A stretch of DNA of 64,000 bases from a virus. Below the pieces are notes generated by a model that had not been told where the DNA came from, searched no databases, and saw nothing but the letters and a program-made list of their open reading frames with translations. How positions within the stretch are numbered: position 1 is the stretch's first letter; every line of letters begins with the position of its first letter. A program made the position numbers and the translations under genes. Location: IMG/VR virus record IMGVR_UViG_3300005253_000051, positions 17,506 to 81,505 of that record; one strand, written 5' to 3'. Shown in pieces: positions 29,058-40,211 of the stretch.

Positions 29058-29672
29058 TCACTTAGAACCTTTTCGAGCAGAGCTATCTCGCTTCTTCCGG
29101 CCATTCCTTGTGTTGCTATCGCGCCGCTGCTGCCCTGAATCGCGAGCATCGAGATCGCGTCGGCCGACGACTTCACCATCTCCTTGATCTGGCGAAGCGT
29201 CGCGATCTTTTCCATGATCTCGCTCTGAGCTTTTGCCATCGTCGCCGCTGCCCCGAGCACTTCCTTCTGAATCGTGTGCTTCGGAACCATCTGGATCTGT
29301 ACGTTCGCCTGTGCCTGGCTCATCTAGAAACCTCTTTTCTAACCAGCGGCAAATGTAGCTCACTGGACTTTCTGCAAATCGAATCGCGTGGGTATCGGTC
29401 ATCCCCGCGGGCTCGAAGCGCATGTTTTTGAACTTGTCCACAATGACTTGCAATGGCGTGCCCGTCTGCAAAAGCAGAGAGACCGCGATGGCCCACGCAT
29501 CGATAAAACCAGAGACGTCGGAACCCTGCTTGTCCATCTTGACGAAAATCTCGCCGAGACGTCCATCGGGGTAAAGCCCGACGGTAACGTAGCCCTTATG
29601 GTCCTCCTTGGCGTGGATTACGAACTTGTGCGTGATGCCGCGCCGCTCTGCGGGCAGACGTTCTCTAGTCAT
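29058..29672 (-). CDS. Stand-alone TSCPD domain (class II ribonucleotide reductase C-terminal domain)
   Basis: RERLPAERRGITHKF..GYVTVGLYPDGRLGEIF...SLLLQ...RFEPAG. Confidence 0.85.
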   Translation of the reverse strand: MTRERLPAERRGITHKFVIHAKEDHKGYVTVGLYPDGRLGEIFVKMDKQGSDVSGFIDAWAIAVSLLLQTGTPLQVIVDKFKNMRFEPAGMTDTHAIRFAESPVSYICRWLEKRFLDEPGTGERTDPDGSEAHDSEGSARGSGDDGKSSERDHGKDRDASPDQGDGEVVGRRDLDARDSGQQRRDSNTRNGRKKRDSSARKGSK

Positions 29673-30691
29673 GTTTTCCTTTTGGTAACTCAAACTCCGA
29701 AGCGGCAGCAAGTTCGGCGCTCAGTTGGCGCGTGTAGACTCGATCCAATTCAGGAAGCCCGCTTTCTAGAGTCATGGCCCACGTCTGAAGTCCGATCACC
29801 AGAGCGATCAGCTCTTGGTGGATCTTGTCGTCTGGCACGAGTGCTAGCCGAGTTGTAATTAGATCTAGGACTTGCTCAACGACCTCTCGTGAGCGATGTA
29901 CTGCTTCGGGTGTCATTGTAGAAAGACGCCTCTACTGGATCGGAAATTCACCATACCTTACTCATGAAACGCTTGCTTGCGATGCGCTTGAGCAGTAGCA
30001 ATAGCTTCTAACCAAACCTCGTTGTTGGACACGGGTACCCAAAGAATGCCTTCATCTGTTTCGACTTTGAAATGCACTTCTGCATTTTGGGTAACTGTAG
30101 CCAGGTCGGTATCGTTTTCTTCATAGGCTTCATGAAGCAAAACCCGAACAGGAAGACCTTCCCGAAGAGCGCCCGACCAAAGCAAGTACCTACCAGGATT
30201 CATATGGCTCAAAACGTGATGCATTAGTTGCTCTTTTCCTTTTCCGACTCCGGCGGCAGCCGCCGCCCCTCAGTGAGTGGTGTACTGCGACGCCTCTACT
30301 GGATACCTAGCTTTTCGCTAACAAGCACCGCCCAGCACTCATGGCATCGTCCCCCGGTCCCTCTCGCCGTAAACGGAAGTCCGCATTCACACGGCGGCGG
30401 CAGGGGCGGAAGATCGTCCGTGTTCAGCACGGACGACACACTCATGCCCAGCACAGGCGGCACCAAGTCTTTCTGAATGGAACGAATCCGACGCCAAATC
30501 ACGGCGCCCAACGTGAGCGTGACCAAGAGTCCCACGATCCGAACACCCGCAGACCACGGGTTGTCGTCTCGAATTTCGGCGGCTACTAGAAAAACGAACT
30601 CGATCAACGAAATCGTGCCGAGAAGCGCTGCCGCTGCGAGAATCTTCTTGACGTTCTTAGACGCCGTTTCACTGAGTCCAGGAATCATTTC

Positions 30692-31099
30692 TCAGTCCTC
30701 TCGAATTCGATCGACTAGATCGTCTAACTCGGTCGGCAACCCCGATGCGGCTATCTCGTCTTCCGTCCACATGAGCGCCATCATGTTCCACAGCACCGCC
30801 GCGCCATGGTCTTCGTCGATCTTGCCCTCGATCCAGTCGGCAAGATGTCGCTCCAGTGACGCGAGCGTGCGCTGAAGGGGGATCCCCTTGCGCCAGTTAT
30901 TGGGGCCGTACTTCTCGGCGCCCGCAGAGTAGAGATCCGCGAGCCGGCGAAGCGGACCGAGCGGAATCAGATCGAAACGCGGCTTGCCGCTTTGCATGTC
31001 GCGCTGGGCGCCGGTTTCAAAGTCCTGGCGCTCGCCGGAGTCCTTGACGACGTACTTATTGCTCTTGCACTTGAGATCGGGTTTGCTCATGATCCCCAT
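30692..31099 (-). CDS. dATP/dGTP diphosphohydrolase-like protein (DUF5664 type)
   Basis: GKPRFDLIP...GAEKYGPNNWRKG...SLERH...EDH..AVLWN. Confidence 0.85.
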   Translation of the reverse strand: MGIMSKPDLKCKSNKYVVKDSGERQDFETGAQRDMQSGKPRFDLIPLGPLRRLADLYSAGAEKYGPNNWRKGIPLQRTLASLERHLADWIEGKIDEDHGAAVLWNMMALMWTEDEIAASGLPTELDDLVDRIRED

Positions 31100-31923
31100 C
31101 CTAATTCGTTAACGAAGCGCTGGACCTTGTCTAGAAATTCATCGGCTTCACGCTCCGTAGGGAAGTCCCCTTTATCCACGGCGGGGACTGATGCCGTAGC
31201 GAGGATCTTTGCGAGTGCCTTGACTTCGTGCCTAGTAAGAAACATCCCGTTGAGCCGGTAGTCCTCGAACGCTTCCCACGCCAGCGGCACGATCGGCTTG
31301 ATTAGTTCAGCCATGGCCTCGGCATAGACGCGGATCTCGTACTGCGCGTGCGAGTCGAGGCGAAGGCTCAGAAAGTGGAACAGGTTGTGAAGATCGATCT
31401 TCCAAATCCACTGCGTGTAGGTCGAGAGCGGCAGGTTGATGCGCGCCAGCTCGCGCGCCATACCGGCTTCGAGGCGGTACTGATAGGCCGAGAACGCATC
31501 GTCACTTTCACGCTTGAACGATTCCGCGTGAAGATCAGCATTAAGTACCGTTTCAGACGCAGAACCTTGCTTGTTATTCTTAGACTGCCGCATCAGTCGA
31601 ATCGACAAAGGCGTATAGGACTCCGCTGGTAGTTCCGAATAGCGTGCACTCATCTCGTTGATGCTGGCCGTACGATGACGCACCCACTGCCGCGCGACGA
31701 AGATCGGCATCTTCGCCCGGAACTTCAGTTCCACCATCTCGAACGGAGTCGTGTGGCGCTTGCGCATGAGGTAGCGGATCAGACCGCGGTTCTCTTGCAC
31801 GGGTCTCACGTTCTCACCCGCGATGGATACGCGAGCGGCATCAATGATCGCTTGATCGTCGCCCATGACGTCCACTAACTCGACGAAGCCGTGGTGGTCA
31901 AGAACGTCAATTCGTTTGGTCAT
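31087..31923 (-). CDS. thyX: Flavin-dependent thymidylate synthase
   Basis: AARVS, HTTPFE, signature RHRTASINEMSARY, and LRLDSHAQYEIR. Confidence 0.97.
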   Translation of the reverse strand: MTKRIDVLDHHGFVELVDVMGDDQAIIDAARVSIAGENVRPVQENRGLIRYLMRKRHTTPFEMVELKFRAKMPIFVARQWVRHRTASINEMSARYSELPAESYTPLSIRLMRQSKNNKQGSASETVLNADLHAESFKRESDDAFSAYQYRLEAGMARELARINLPLSTYTQWIWKIDLHNLFHFLSLRLDSHAQYEIRVYAEAMAELIKPIVPLAWEAFEDYRLNGMFLTRHEVKALAKILATASVPAVDKGDFPTEREADEFLDKVQRFVNELGWGS

Positions 31924-32292
31924 GCTGTGTTTTCTCCAGCGGGATAGCGTTAATAGAGCCGAACTTGTCCACCAAGAATTTGCTAAGTGTGAGACCAAAG
32001 CCGTCGCAGATGCTGCATTCGTAATCACCGCGGAGCAAAACTAATCCCCACCCATCCGGCATTGGAACCCGCACCAGCTTAAAATCACGCCTGAGAGGAA
32101 GGCTTATATCGATAGTTCTGTGTTGCTCGAACTCGAACAACATCACCACCCATCCATCGCTTTCGCCCTGCACTATGCGTATTCTAAAACCCATTTGGAT
32201 TTGGTTTTTGAACACGCTGCGAGTCCAAGTCCACTCAGCATCAAAAAGAGCCTTGGCGAATTGCACTTGCAAATTGTCAGTGGTCATCCGAT

Positions 32293-32856
32293 CTATCCTC
32301 CATGCTTAGTGCCACGGCCGTCGTTCTCGGCGATGTCGTGAAGGCCGCAGAAGCCACTGTCGTAGCGACCTTCGTTCGAGCACCCAGCCCTGATACACAA
32401 CAGGGGCAGGCGCATCTCGAATCGCAGCGGCATATGCCACAAGCCCGTCGAACTCCCTCGAAAGTAGTCGGCGACGAGCTGCGTGTTACGACTCTCGTAG
32501 TACTCGGCATAGACCACGCGCGCGATGCCTGCATTGACGATGCGCTTGGCGCAGTCGTAGCAGGGAATCACCGTGCAGTAGAGCGTGCAGCACTTCGCGC
32601 GGCCCCCGGCGTAGTCGAGCGCATTGGATTCTGCGTGCAAGGTGCGTACGCAGCTCATTCGGCCGTCGATCTCTTTCAGCTCGTGGCCGGCGTCGTCACA
32701 GTGCTCCATGCCCGCGGCAGAGCCGTTGTAGCCGGTGGCAACGATGCGATGATCAGGATCCACGATGACGGCGCCGACGTGTTTTCTATCACATGTCGCG
32801 CGTGTCGCCACGACATGCGCGAGCATCAGAAAGTACTGGTCCCAGTTGGGTCTCAT
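32293..32856 (-). CDS. dCMP deaminase
   Basis: VGAVIV, TGYNG, HAESNA and PCYDC. Confidence 0.93.
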   Translation of the reverse strand: MRPNWDQYFLMLAHVVATRATCDRKHVGAVIVDPDHRIVATGYNGSAAGMEHCDDAGHELKEIDGRMSCVRTLHAESNALDYAGGRAKCCTLYCTVIPCYDCAKRIVNAGIARVVYAEYYESRNTQLVADYFRGSSTGLWHMPLRFEMRLPLLCIRAGCSNEGRYDSGFCGLHDIAENDGRGTKHGG

Positions 32857-33117
32857 TTGGTTTCCTTGCGCTTATCAAACAAGAGACGGATATCATCGGC
32901 GATCTCGATGCTTCCGTTGTCGTAGAGAAAGCGCTGGAAGTGAATAGCCTCTTCGTTGTCCGTGAAGGACGCGACGGCATCAGAGATGATGAGGGCTCCT
33001 CCCTTAGCAATGACGTAACGGACAAGGCACCAACTTTCTGGGTATTCCTGGCAGTCGTCTTGCCACTCGATCTTGTAACTGATCTTCGCGTCCATTTATC
33101 CTATCCTGGTAAAACAA

Positions 33118-33171
33118 GGAGCCCGGCCAATCGATGGCGACCAACCAGGGAATGAAAACTGGCCGGGCTCC
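33118..33171. other. Intergenic 12-bp inverted repeat with a 30-nt loop
   Basis: GGAGCCCGGCCA...TGGCCGGGCTCC. Confidence 0.6.
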
Positions 33172-33824
33172 TCTCAAACCTTCTTGCTTTCGTAGTAGGT
33201 GTGACTACACCGATTGCAGCAAAAGTGCCGAGAGTTTGGGATGTACCTAATGACCCAGTTCAGGCCATCTCGAAAGCTTTTGTGTCGCTGTTCCACCTCT
33301 ACGACACCGACTTGCGTATCGACGCCAACCAGATCATCGATGATCTCGCGCGTGCCGCACCAGTCGCAAATCCCGAGCAGGTAGTGCCGGACATTGGCGG
33401 TTTTTCCACTGATACCAACCGGCGCCTTGGCTTGGGTGAGCAGGTCGAATATGACATTGGAGTGCTCGATGGTATGAGATGTCGAAAATGGTTTGATCAT
33501 GTTTTCCTCTCAACTAGTTCGCAGTGCTTCGCACCACCTCTTGATGCTTCGCCGCGTTGTCTTTCCACTCATCGATCGCGCCCTGGATCATCTCGTCCAG
33601 ACTTGGTTCACCGTCTCGAAAAATTCCGACCGCGTTCCACGCTTTCAAATCGCTCACGTTGAGTGAGTCGCGAACGCCAAGCGGGATAACGCAACCACAG
33701 GCGTGAAGACCCCACGAGATTAGAGGCGTTGAAAAATAGGTGTCCTCTTCTTCCTCGTAGTAGTACGCGCGCCAGCCATCCGCCGGCAGAAGTTGAATCA
33801 GCTGAAGGTGTTTCTCGTCGTGGT

Positions 33825-34340
33825 TCATTTTCCCCTTACCCAGTGAAGCCCTATACCGACGGAATCCCAGACGTTGTGGTGCAAACTCTTAGTTTTCGGT
33901 AGCTCCACGCGCCTTGTTTCGGCGGCCGTGAGCGCGCGTTGCGTGCGCTCAACGCTAACTTTTTTCGGAGTCTGCCCCTTCCACTCGCGAGGCAGCAGCA
34001 ACTCTACATGGACCGACGGCCACTCGCGCTTGAAGTCGTTCGCGATGGCACCAACGACGACTGCAAGCGAGATCAAGTCGTTGGGATCGCCTTTTAGCAG
34101 GTGCTGCCGGTAGACCTGCGGTTTTTCAATCACGACGATATTGACGTCCATCGCCCAATCTAGAACCCAAGAAGTCGCATCACGTACGAGGCTGAGCCAG
34201 TCGCCGTTTTTCTTTATCAACGCCGCCCCGGCAAGTTCTGTCCCCGACCACGCTGCAATCCCGATCTCGTTGACGCCGGGGTCGATACTAACCGTATGGA
34301 TCATGGACAACCTCTGCTGGGTCAAGTTGTCGCAATGCAA
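33825..34340 (-). CDS. RuvC-like Holliday junction resolvase
   Basis: SIDPG, VVIEKP, PREWKG and HNVWDSVGIG. Confidence 0.85.
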   Translation of the reverse strand: MHCDNLTQQRLSMIHTVSIDPGVNEIGIAAWSGTELAGAALIKKNGDWLSLVRDATSWVLDWAMDVNIVVIEKPQVYRQHLLKGDPNDLISLAVVVGAIANDFKREWPSVHVELLLPREWKGQTPKKVSVERTQRALTAAETRRVELPKTKSLHHNVWDSVGIGLHWVRGK

Positions 34341-34724
34341 TGCGAACCAGACGCGAAAAACTCATGTGCCCATGACCTAACTTTTTGAGCGCGCGCATCT
34401 TTTGGTTCGCGGCTTTCAGGTCGCTTTCGTACAGCGAAATTGTAACAGTTTTGCGTGACACTGGTGTGACACGAGTATGAACACGGAAAGCGCAGGTGTC
34501 AACCGTTCAATGCTTTTTGCGCCTCAATATAGGCATTCAACATGTCGCGCAAGTCACGAACCCCTTCTGGAGAAAGGAGGACGCCCCTATCTATGACTAG
34601 ATTGTCGCTAAACCCTATCGATACGACATCAACCCCTTCTGGGTGTGCAATAGTCACGCGGCCCATGCCTTTCTCTAAGCATCTCGGACCGGGAATGCTG
34701 CATTCCAAAATGAATTTTTGATTT

Positions 34725-36926
34725 TCAATTGCCATCGTCGTGCACCCACTTTGTTTTTTCTTCGCCTTCTACGTTCATGTACTTCTCGGGCCTACTCGGT
34801 AGCAAGATCCCGTTTTCGATCACTGGCTTTCCGCCCTTGTACCAGCGCCGGTGCATCGTCGCCGATGCGCTGATCGGCACGTCGGGGCACCACTTCCGCA
34901 TGACCTCTTCCATGATCGCTTGCAGTCGATACGCAGCATCTGATGCCCGCTGGCCGGTGTAGGGATTCTCGGCGCCGATCTCGTCGTGGGCGAACAGCCA
35001 CGGGCGGCACCCGTACAGCGCTGAGTCTTCGCCGGCCGCCGTCTTGCCGGTGTAGCACTCGCGCGCGACTTCGTAGCCGGCTTCCTTGGCGCCCATCGCC
35101 GCCAAGTGCTGAAAGAAGCCGTTGCAGATCGCCGTGTAGCGAACTTGACCGCGAACCATCCCAGAGCGAACGAACTCGATGTGCTTGGCTTCGTTTTCTT
35201 GACCGACGAGCGCACCACAATATCGGAAGTAGTCGTGCATCTCGCGCCACTTGGCACGAAACCCTTGGTGCAGTTTGCAGGCGTGATCGAAGGTTACCTC
35301 GATGCCGTAGCCCTTGGCGTAGCTCACGAATGCATGCGGTCCCATACCACCGGCAAATCCGTAGTTCGCGATTTTGCAGTACTGCCGGACGCCGTTGTCA
35401 CCTGCGATCTCGGGGTCGCCGTCTTTGTAGCGGCGCAGGACTTCATCGTACGAGATCTCTAGCGTGTCGGCCGCCATCGCCAGGTGAAAATCTTGGCCGG
35501 CGCGCGCTGCGTCGGCGATGTAGCTGTAGCCGAATAGGTCAAGACAAACCTGCGCTAACGTGAGCATTTCCAACGTGTCGTAGTCACAGAACATGAACAC
35601 GAAGCCGAGCCGCGCGACGAAGCACTCACGCACGCCGCCCGCGCGTGGTGGATTTTGCAGGTTGGGCTTGCCGCATGAGGTGCGCAGCGTCTCTAGGATC
35701 GGGTTGTAGCGGCAGTTGATCGGAACTTCGATCCCGAGTTCAAGCGCGGGCACGTATGTGCTGAGCACCTTGCCGATGCGCACGCACTCAGATACGGCGT
35801 GAAGCCCATCGTCGTCGCTGTTGATGAGCACGTCGCGCTCCGTACAAACCTGTTTCGTCTTCGTGAGCTTGACCCTCTTGCTTTGTCGCTCACAGCTGTC
35901 CACGACGGCCGCCTTGATCTTTTTCATGTCGCGCGTGCCGACCGCGCGCATGTAGCCGTACTCCTTCGCGATGATTTCTTGCTCTGCGTAGTCGCCTTTG
36001 AGTAAACGCTTTAGCTCCTCGACGCCTCCGCGATCTGTGCGCACGCCCCACGTACTCATCAGCGCAAGAAACCAGTGCGCCTTGGCTTGGTAGATCTCAC
36101 CTGGGATCCCCTCGGGCGCAACGATCAACTCCTGACTGTCGTGGACGCCGAGGTTGTCCACCGAGTCGCCGATGGCGTAGTCGAGCGCATCTTGCGGCCA
36201 CTCATCAAGAGGCACGCCGTCTAGCTCGTTGTAATGCAACCGCCAAGTGTCCTCGCCTTTCTGGATGATCTTGCCCAAGTGACGAAGCACGAGATTTTGC
36301 AGAGAGAAATTCTGCTTCTTCATCTCGCCCAGTTCGTTCTCGACGAACTTTAGCTCGCCGTTGGCGTTGTCGATCAACATCTGGCGTAACTGGACGCACC
36401 GGATGCGGCCTTCGTCGAGCGCCTTGAACACGAGCGGAATGAGCGTCTCGTCTTCAGCGCAGAGTACAACTAAGTCGAAGCCGATGAAGTTGGCCCCTGT
36501 GAGAATCGCATCGCCCGACAATAGTTCCCGTGCGCGCTCGATGGCTTCATCACGAAGCAAAATCGAGCCGTCGCCCTCGGTCCAGCAAACGAGCTTGGGC
36601 GCGGGCATGCCGGGCTTGATGAGGTGCGTCTCGGTGTCGGCGGAGATGACCTTCATCGATGGTTCCTTTTCGCTGGTCTGCCATACGATGGCAGCTCGAT
36701 TCGATCGCGTTGGTCGTCGATACCCGGAATCGAAAACCCAACCCATCTGAGCTAGTTCTCGAATACGCGCCGAAGCCGTTTGATGCTTCAAGTCGAGATC
36801 GACCTCGATCTCGTCACACGTTCGACCATTACGATCACGGATGCGATCGCGAATCTGGTGGTGAAGCCTGCTGATATGCGGCTCCATCGATGATACCGCC
36901 GCGAGCGACGTCTCTTGATAGCTCAT
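34725..36926 (-). CDS. polA: DNA polymerase family A (3'-5' exonuclease plus polymerase), in frame with an N-terminal winged-helix domain; an internal start at 36656 is likely
   Basis: ExoI ADTET, NLQN, motif A DYDTLE, motif B RQYCKIANYG and motif C HDE. Confidence 0.92.
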   Translation of the reverse strand: MSYQETSLAAVSSMEPHISRLHHQIRDRIRDRNGRTCDEIEVDLDLKHQTASARIRELAQMGWVFDSGYRRPTRSNRAAIVWQTSEKEPSMKVISADTETHLIKPGMPAPKLVCWTEGDGSILLRDEAIERARELLSGDAILTGANFIGFDLVVLCAEDETLIPLVFKALDEGRIRCVQLRQMLIDNANGELKFVENELGEMKKQNFSLQNLVLRHLGKIIQKGEDTWRLHYNELDGVPLDEWPQDALDYAIGDSVDNLGVHDSQELIVAPEGIPGEIYQAKAHWFLALMSTWGVRTDRGGVEELKRLLKGDYAEQEIIAKEYGYMRAVGTRDMKKIKAAVVDSCERQSKRVKLTKTKQVCTERDVLINSDDDGLHAVSECVRIGKVLSTYVPALELGIEVPINCRYNPILETLRTSCGKPNLQNPPRAGGVRECFVARLGFVFMFCDYDTLEMLTLAQVCLDLFGYSYIADAARAGQDFHLAMAADTLEISYDEVLRRYKDGDPEIAGDNGVRQYCKIANYGFAGGMGPHAFVSYAKGYGIEVTFDHACKLHQGFRAKWREMHDYFRYCGALVGQENEAKHIEFVRSGMVRGQVRYTAICNGFFQHLAAMGAKEAGYEVARECYTGKTAAGEDSALYGCRPWLFAHDEIGAENPYTGQRASDAAYRLQAIMEEVMRKWCPDVPISASATMHRRWYKGGKPVIENGILLPSRPEKYMNVEGEEKTKWVHDDGN

Positions 36927-37015
36927 TAGCTCCCCCGAACCCATGATCAAAAAATCAGCGCGACGCCCACCCGCCCGGCGAAGGAGAGCAGGCGTCACGC
37001 TAATTGGGAGCCGAA

Positions 37016-37582
37016 CTAGCTCGCGGCCTGTGCGGCCTGTGCAACCTGCGTGGCCTGCGCGACCTTCGCCACTTGAATCTTGGTGCGCGCCTCTTCGGAC
37101 GTCATCCACCGGTGCCGCGTGAACGGATTACCAGCCTTGGTGTCCTTGTTGTAGGCGTAGACGCCCATGACCAAACCAGCCAGAGGGTTGTTCTCGCCCA
37201 CGACTTCGTCGGCGATGTCTTCGTCCATCTCGACGTCTTCAGCGCTCGGTGGAAGGCCGTCTACCTCAGCATCACGACCCTGAATCCACAGGCCCATGCG
37301 CATGAAGTCTGCGATGTTACCCAGAGCTGGATCCTTGTCCAACGTGACCATCATTTCGCCCGGCGCCCCCGGTCTCATCTTGTCGCTGTCGGTCTCCCTG
37401 ATCAGGCACTCGACGACGAAGAAATCGACGTTCTTGCGCGTCTTGCCCGTCTTGCAACGCTGAATTTCGACGACGTAGTGCGCGTCTGGGATGAAATAGT
37501 GGCCACCCATGGTACTGCGCTGGCCCTTGATATCTCCGAAAAGTCCCATTTCTCTTTCTCTTTCTCGGCCGAAGCCGTTCAT
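37016..37582 (-). CDS. Putative ssDNA-binding protein
   Basis: Position between helicase and polymerase, acidic beta-rich composition; function inferred from context only. Confidence 0.45.
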   Translation of the reverse strand: MNGFGREREREMGLFGDIKGQRSTMGGHYFIPDAHYVVEIQRCKTGKTRKNVDFFVVECLIRETDSDKMRPGAPGEMMVTLDKDPALGNIADFMRMGLWIQGRDAEVDGLPPSAEDVEMDEDIADEVVGENNPLAGLVMGVYAYNKDTKAGNPFTRHRWMTSEEARTKIQVAKVAQATQVAQAAQAAS

Positions 37583-38014
37583 TTTCGGGCCCCGTAGGGC
37601 CGCTTCCTTTGCGCGCTACAGTAGCACGCTACGAGCGATCTAGTTCCACGAATACGACGAAGAACTCGAACCAATCTGGTTCTTCATTTGTCGTCGGAAA
37701 CGCATCGGCTGCTTGCTTTTCGCCGTCTGTCCAGTAGGTTGAAAACCTGTCTACGTCGTCTTTCAATCGCTTGATGAACTCTTCCCTAGTCATCTTCAAA
37801 TCCTTGTCGCGTAGAGATCAATTATTTTCGTCGGGGCGTCCCTGATGTGCGATCGCCGGACGATCGCATACGCTGAGTGCTTCGTTGATCTGTTTCAAAG
37901 TCCAGTTGTTGTCACGTGCTTTAGCAATGACCTCGACGTGTTCAACGTCCACGGGACCCTTGTCATCCGTGTAAATGGTGATGACCAGTGCTCTGTTTGA
38001 ATCATCAATCATCT

Positions 38015-39655
38015 TCAAATCCTTGTCGCGTAAAGCACTTTCTGAACGTGCCCCTTGGTCTGCTGGATGAACTCGGCGTCCTCGATAATCGAGCCCATCG
38101 ACGCCGCCAGCTCCGATGTGTGACCAAACCAGTCGATCGTCACTTCGTCCGCCATTTGCCCCGGTCGGTGCGTACGCCCGGCGACCTGCTCGAACACCTG
38201 CCCGCTGCCTGGCAACGTCGTAAGCAAGTTGCGGCTGTAGTGCTGTAGATTTTTGCCCGTGCCCTGCGCCTTGACGCTGCAAATGATCACTGGATCACGA
38301 GCAAGATCTGCGTCGGTGCCCGCGCCGTAGTGCGGCCACCTGGTTTTTTTGGCGATGCGCTCGCCGAGGGCCTTGTGCTGGTACCAGATGATGCCGCCGT
38401 CTTTTTGGCCCCACTGGATCGCGGCATTGACGATGAAAGGGTCTTTCCACACCGGTACCGTCGGCGGCACAGGACGATCTCTCACCGCTGCCCAAGGTGC
38501 CCAAGACGGCACATTGATCCTGCCAGCCTTCGCGGCCAGGTAGACGAGCAAGGGACTATCCAGACCCTTTCTGGAACGCTTGAGAATGTCTCGCACATCA
38601 CAATTCCAATTCTTCCGCGCTTCGAGCCACTCGAAATCCGGCTTTCCATCGGGCCAATCCCAGCGCAGGTAGAACCCACACGCGAGCTGGCGCATCACAC
38701 GCGATAGCGCCAACGGACTGTCAAACTCATCCCCCTCGATCGACCACGTAGCCTTGGTGATCTGGCGTAGTTCTTCGATAACCGCGGGTACCTGCGGAAT
38801 GAGTTTCTGGATCACGAGGCTCGTGCCAATCATGTTCTTTTTGCCGGCCACCACGCCGGGCGTCTCGACGAATCGGCGGCGATACCCGTCGCGAACACCC
38901 TCACCATTGGAGCAGAATTGCTTGAGCACACCGGGGCGCATGCGGTAGTCGGGCTTAACATCGATCGCTCCGGCCCAGTCCATGATCTCTCGGTAGCCGC
39001 GGGGAAGAGGCGAGTTTTTTCTGAGCGCCAACTCCACAAGATGCGCGCTCTCGATGATGCTCCGATTTTCCATCGTTCCCGAGAGCATGACGAACCGACA
39101 GCCGGGATTCTCGGCCATGTACCGCCGAAACCGTTTGGTACGCGCCGACTGTAAACGCTTGAGCAAATGCGCCTCGTCCGCGATGATTAGATCGGGTTTG
39201 ATCTCGTCCAAGATCTCAGCCGATTTGGCCGACGACAGTTCGGTGTACTTCACGATATGCAGGCGATCGAGCGGCAAATCGAAGTACCGGCCGTAGACTT
39301 CATCGATCTCGCGCAGTGTTTTTTCCTTGAGCCTCGGAGGAACGAGCAGCACTGCGCAGTCGCTGTCCATCGCGGTGGGTAGCGCGAGAGAGATGAGCGT
39401 TTTTCCCGATCCAACGCCGATATCCCCCACTAAACCGTCGGCAGTCGCCGCTTCGATCAACGCCGCAGATTGGAGCGGCCAAAAACGCATCGCGTCTGAA
39501 GGAGCGTTGGGCCGCAGAAACATGCACGTCACGTCGAGAACAGCCTCAAGATCGAGCACGCGCCTCGGCAACGCTGAAATGCGCTTGAACTCTACTGAGT
39601 TCGTGACGACGCCGATGGCGCCGTTGATGTCGGCAAATCGGCCCATACGAAACAC
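38015..39655 (-). CDS. Superfamily 2 helicase
   Basis: GVGSGKT, DEAH, LSGT and QVAGRTHRPGQ. Confidence 0.92.
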   Translation of the reverse strand: MFRMGRFADINGAIGVVTNSVEFKRISALPRRVLDLEAVLDVTCMFLRPNAPSDAMRFWPLQSAALIEAATADGLVGDIGVGSGKTLISLALPTAMDSDCAVLLVPPRLKEKTLREIDEVYGRYFDLPLDRLHIVKYTELSSAKSAEILDEIKPDLIIADEAHLLKRLQSARTKRFRRYMAENPGCRFVMLSGTMENRSIIESAHLVELALRKNSPLPRGYREIMDWAGAIDVKPDYRMRPGVLKQFCSNGEGVRDGYRRRFVETPGVVAGKKNMIGTSLVIQKLIPQVPAVIEELRQITKATWSIEGDEFDSPLALSRVMRQLACGFYLRWDWPDGKPDFEWLEARKNWNCDVRDILKRSRKGLDSPLLVYLAAKAGRINVPSWAPWAAVRDRPVPPTVPVWKDPFIVNAAIQWGQKDGGIIWYQHKALGERIAKKTRWPHYGAGTDADLARDPVIICSVKAQGTGKNLQHYSRNLLTTLPGSGQVFEQVAGRTHRPGQMADEVTIDWFGHTSELAASMGSIIEDAEFIQQTKGHVQKVLYATRI

Positions 39656-40211
39656 TCATTTTTGTTCGATAGCTGCTGCAATTTCCCGAAGAGCTGATGC
39701 TATATCGGCACTCCCTTCTTTAATTGAAACAGCGAGAAATTCTATAGCACCCATAGCAGGAGTAGTTGCATCCCCCACACCTAACCACTTTAGTTGTGAG
39801 GCAATGTTTTCCAGAGCACTAACAAACTCAGGAGCATAATCAAGTCCACTGAACTCACCCATCAGAAAACCGCTCGCACGATCTCGATGGCGACATTATT
39901 CAGAGACTCCTGCGGAGGTGCCCCCTCATAGGCATCCACAAGAATAGCCTCAATCGCTAAACAGCCGTCATCGATGATCACGGAAGGAAACCGCCAAACC
40001 ACATCGGATTCCCCAAACACGGCGAGGAACGAAGCGAAGATGTGAACGGGATCTTTCCAAATGAACTTCACAACATTAGGAGCGGTCCACCACAAAGCAG
40101 CCTTTCGATAGAGTTCGAGATCATCTTCTGCTCGCACACTAAAAATTTTCTCTAGATCAATCACGTACCTGCGCCGGATCTCGTGATCGGTATAATCTCG
40201 TTTTTCCCCCA

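Noticed and set aside
5324-31099. 2-aminoadenine (Z) genome pathway suggested by the HD hydrolase and dATP/dGTP diphosphohydrolase
   Set aside because: No PurZ is seen, the two genes are far apart, and a Dam-family methylase implies ordinary adenine; it cannot be excluded outside the window
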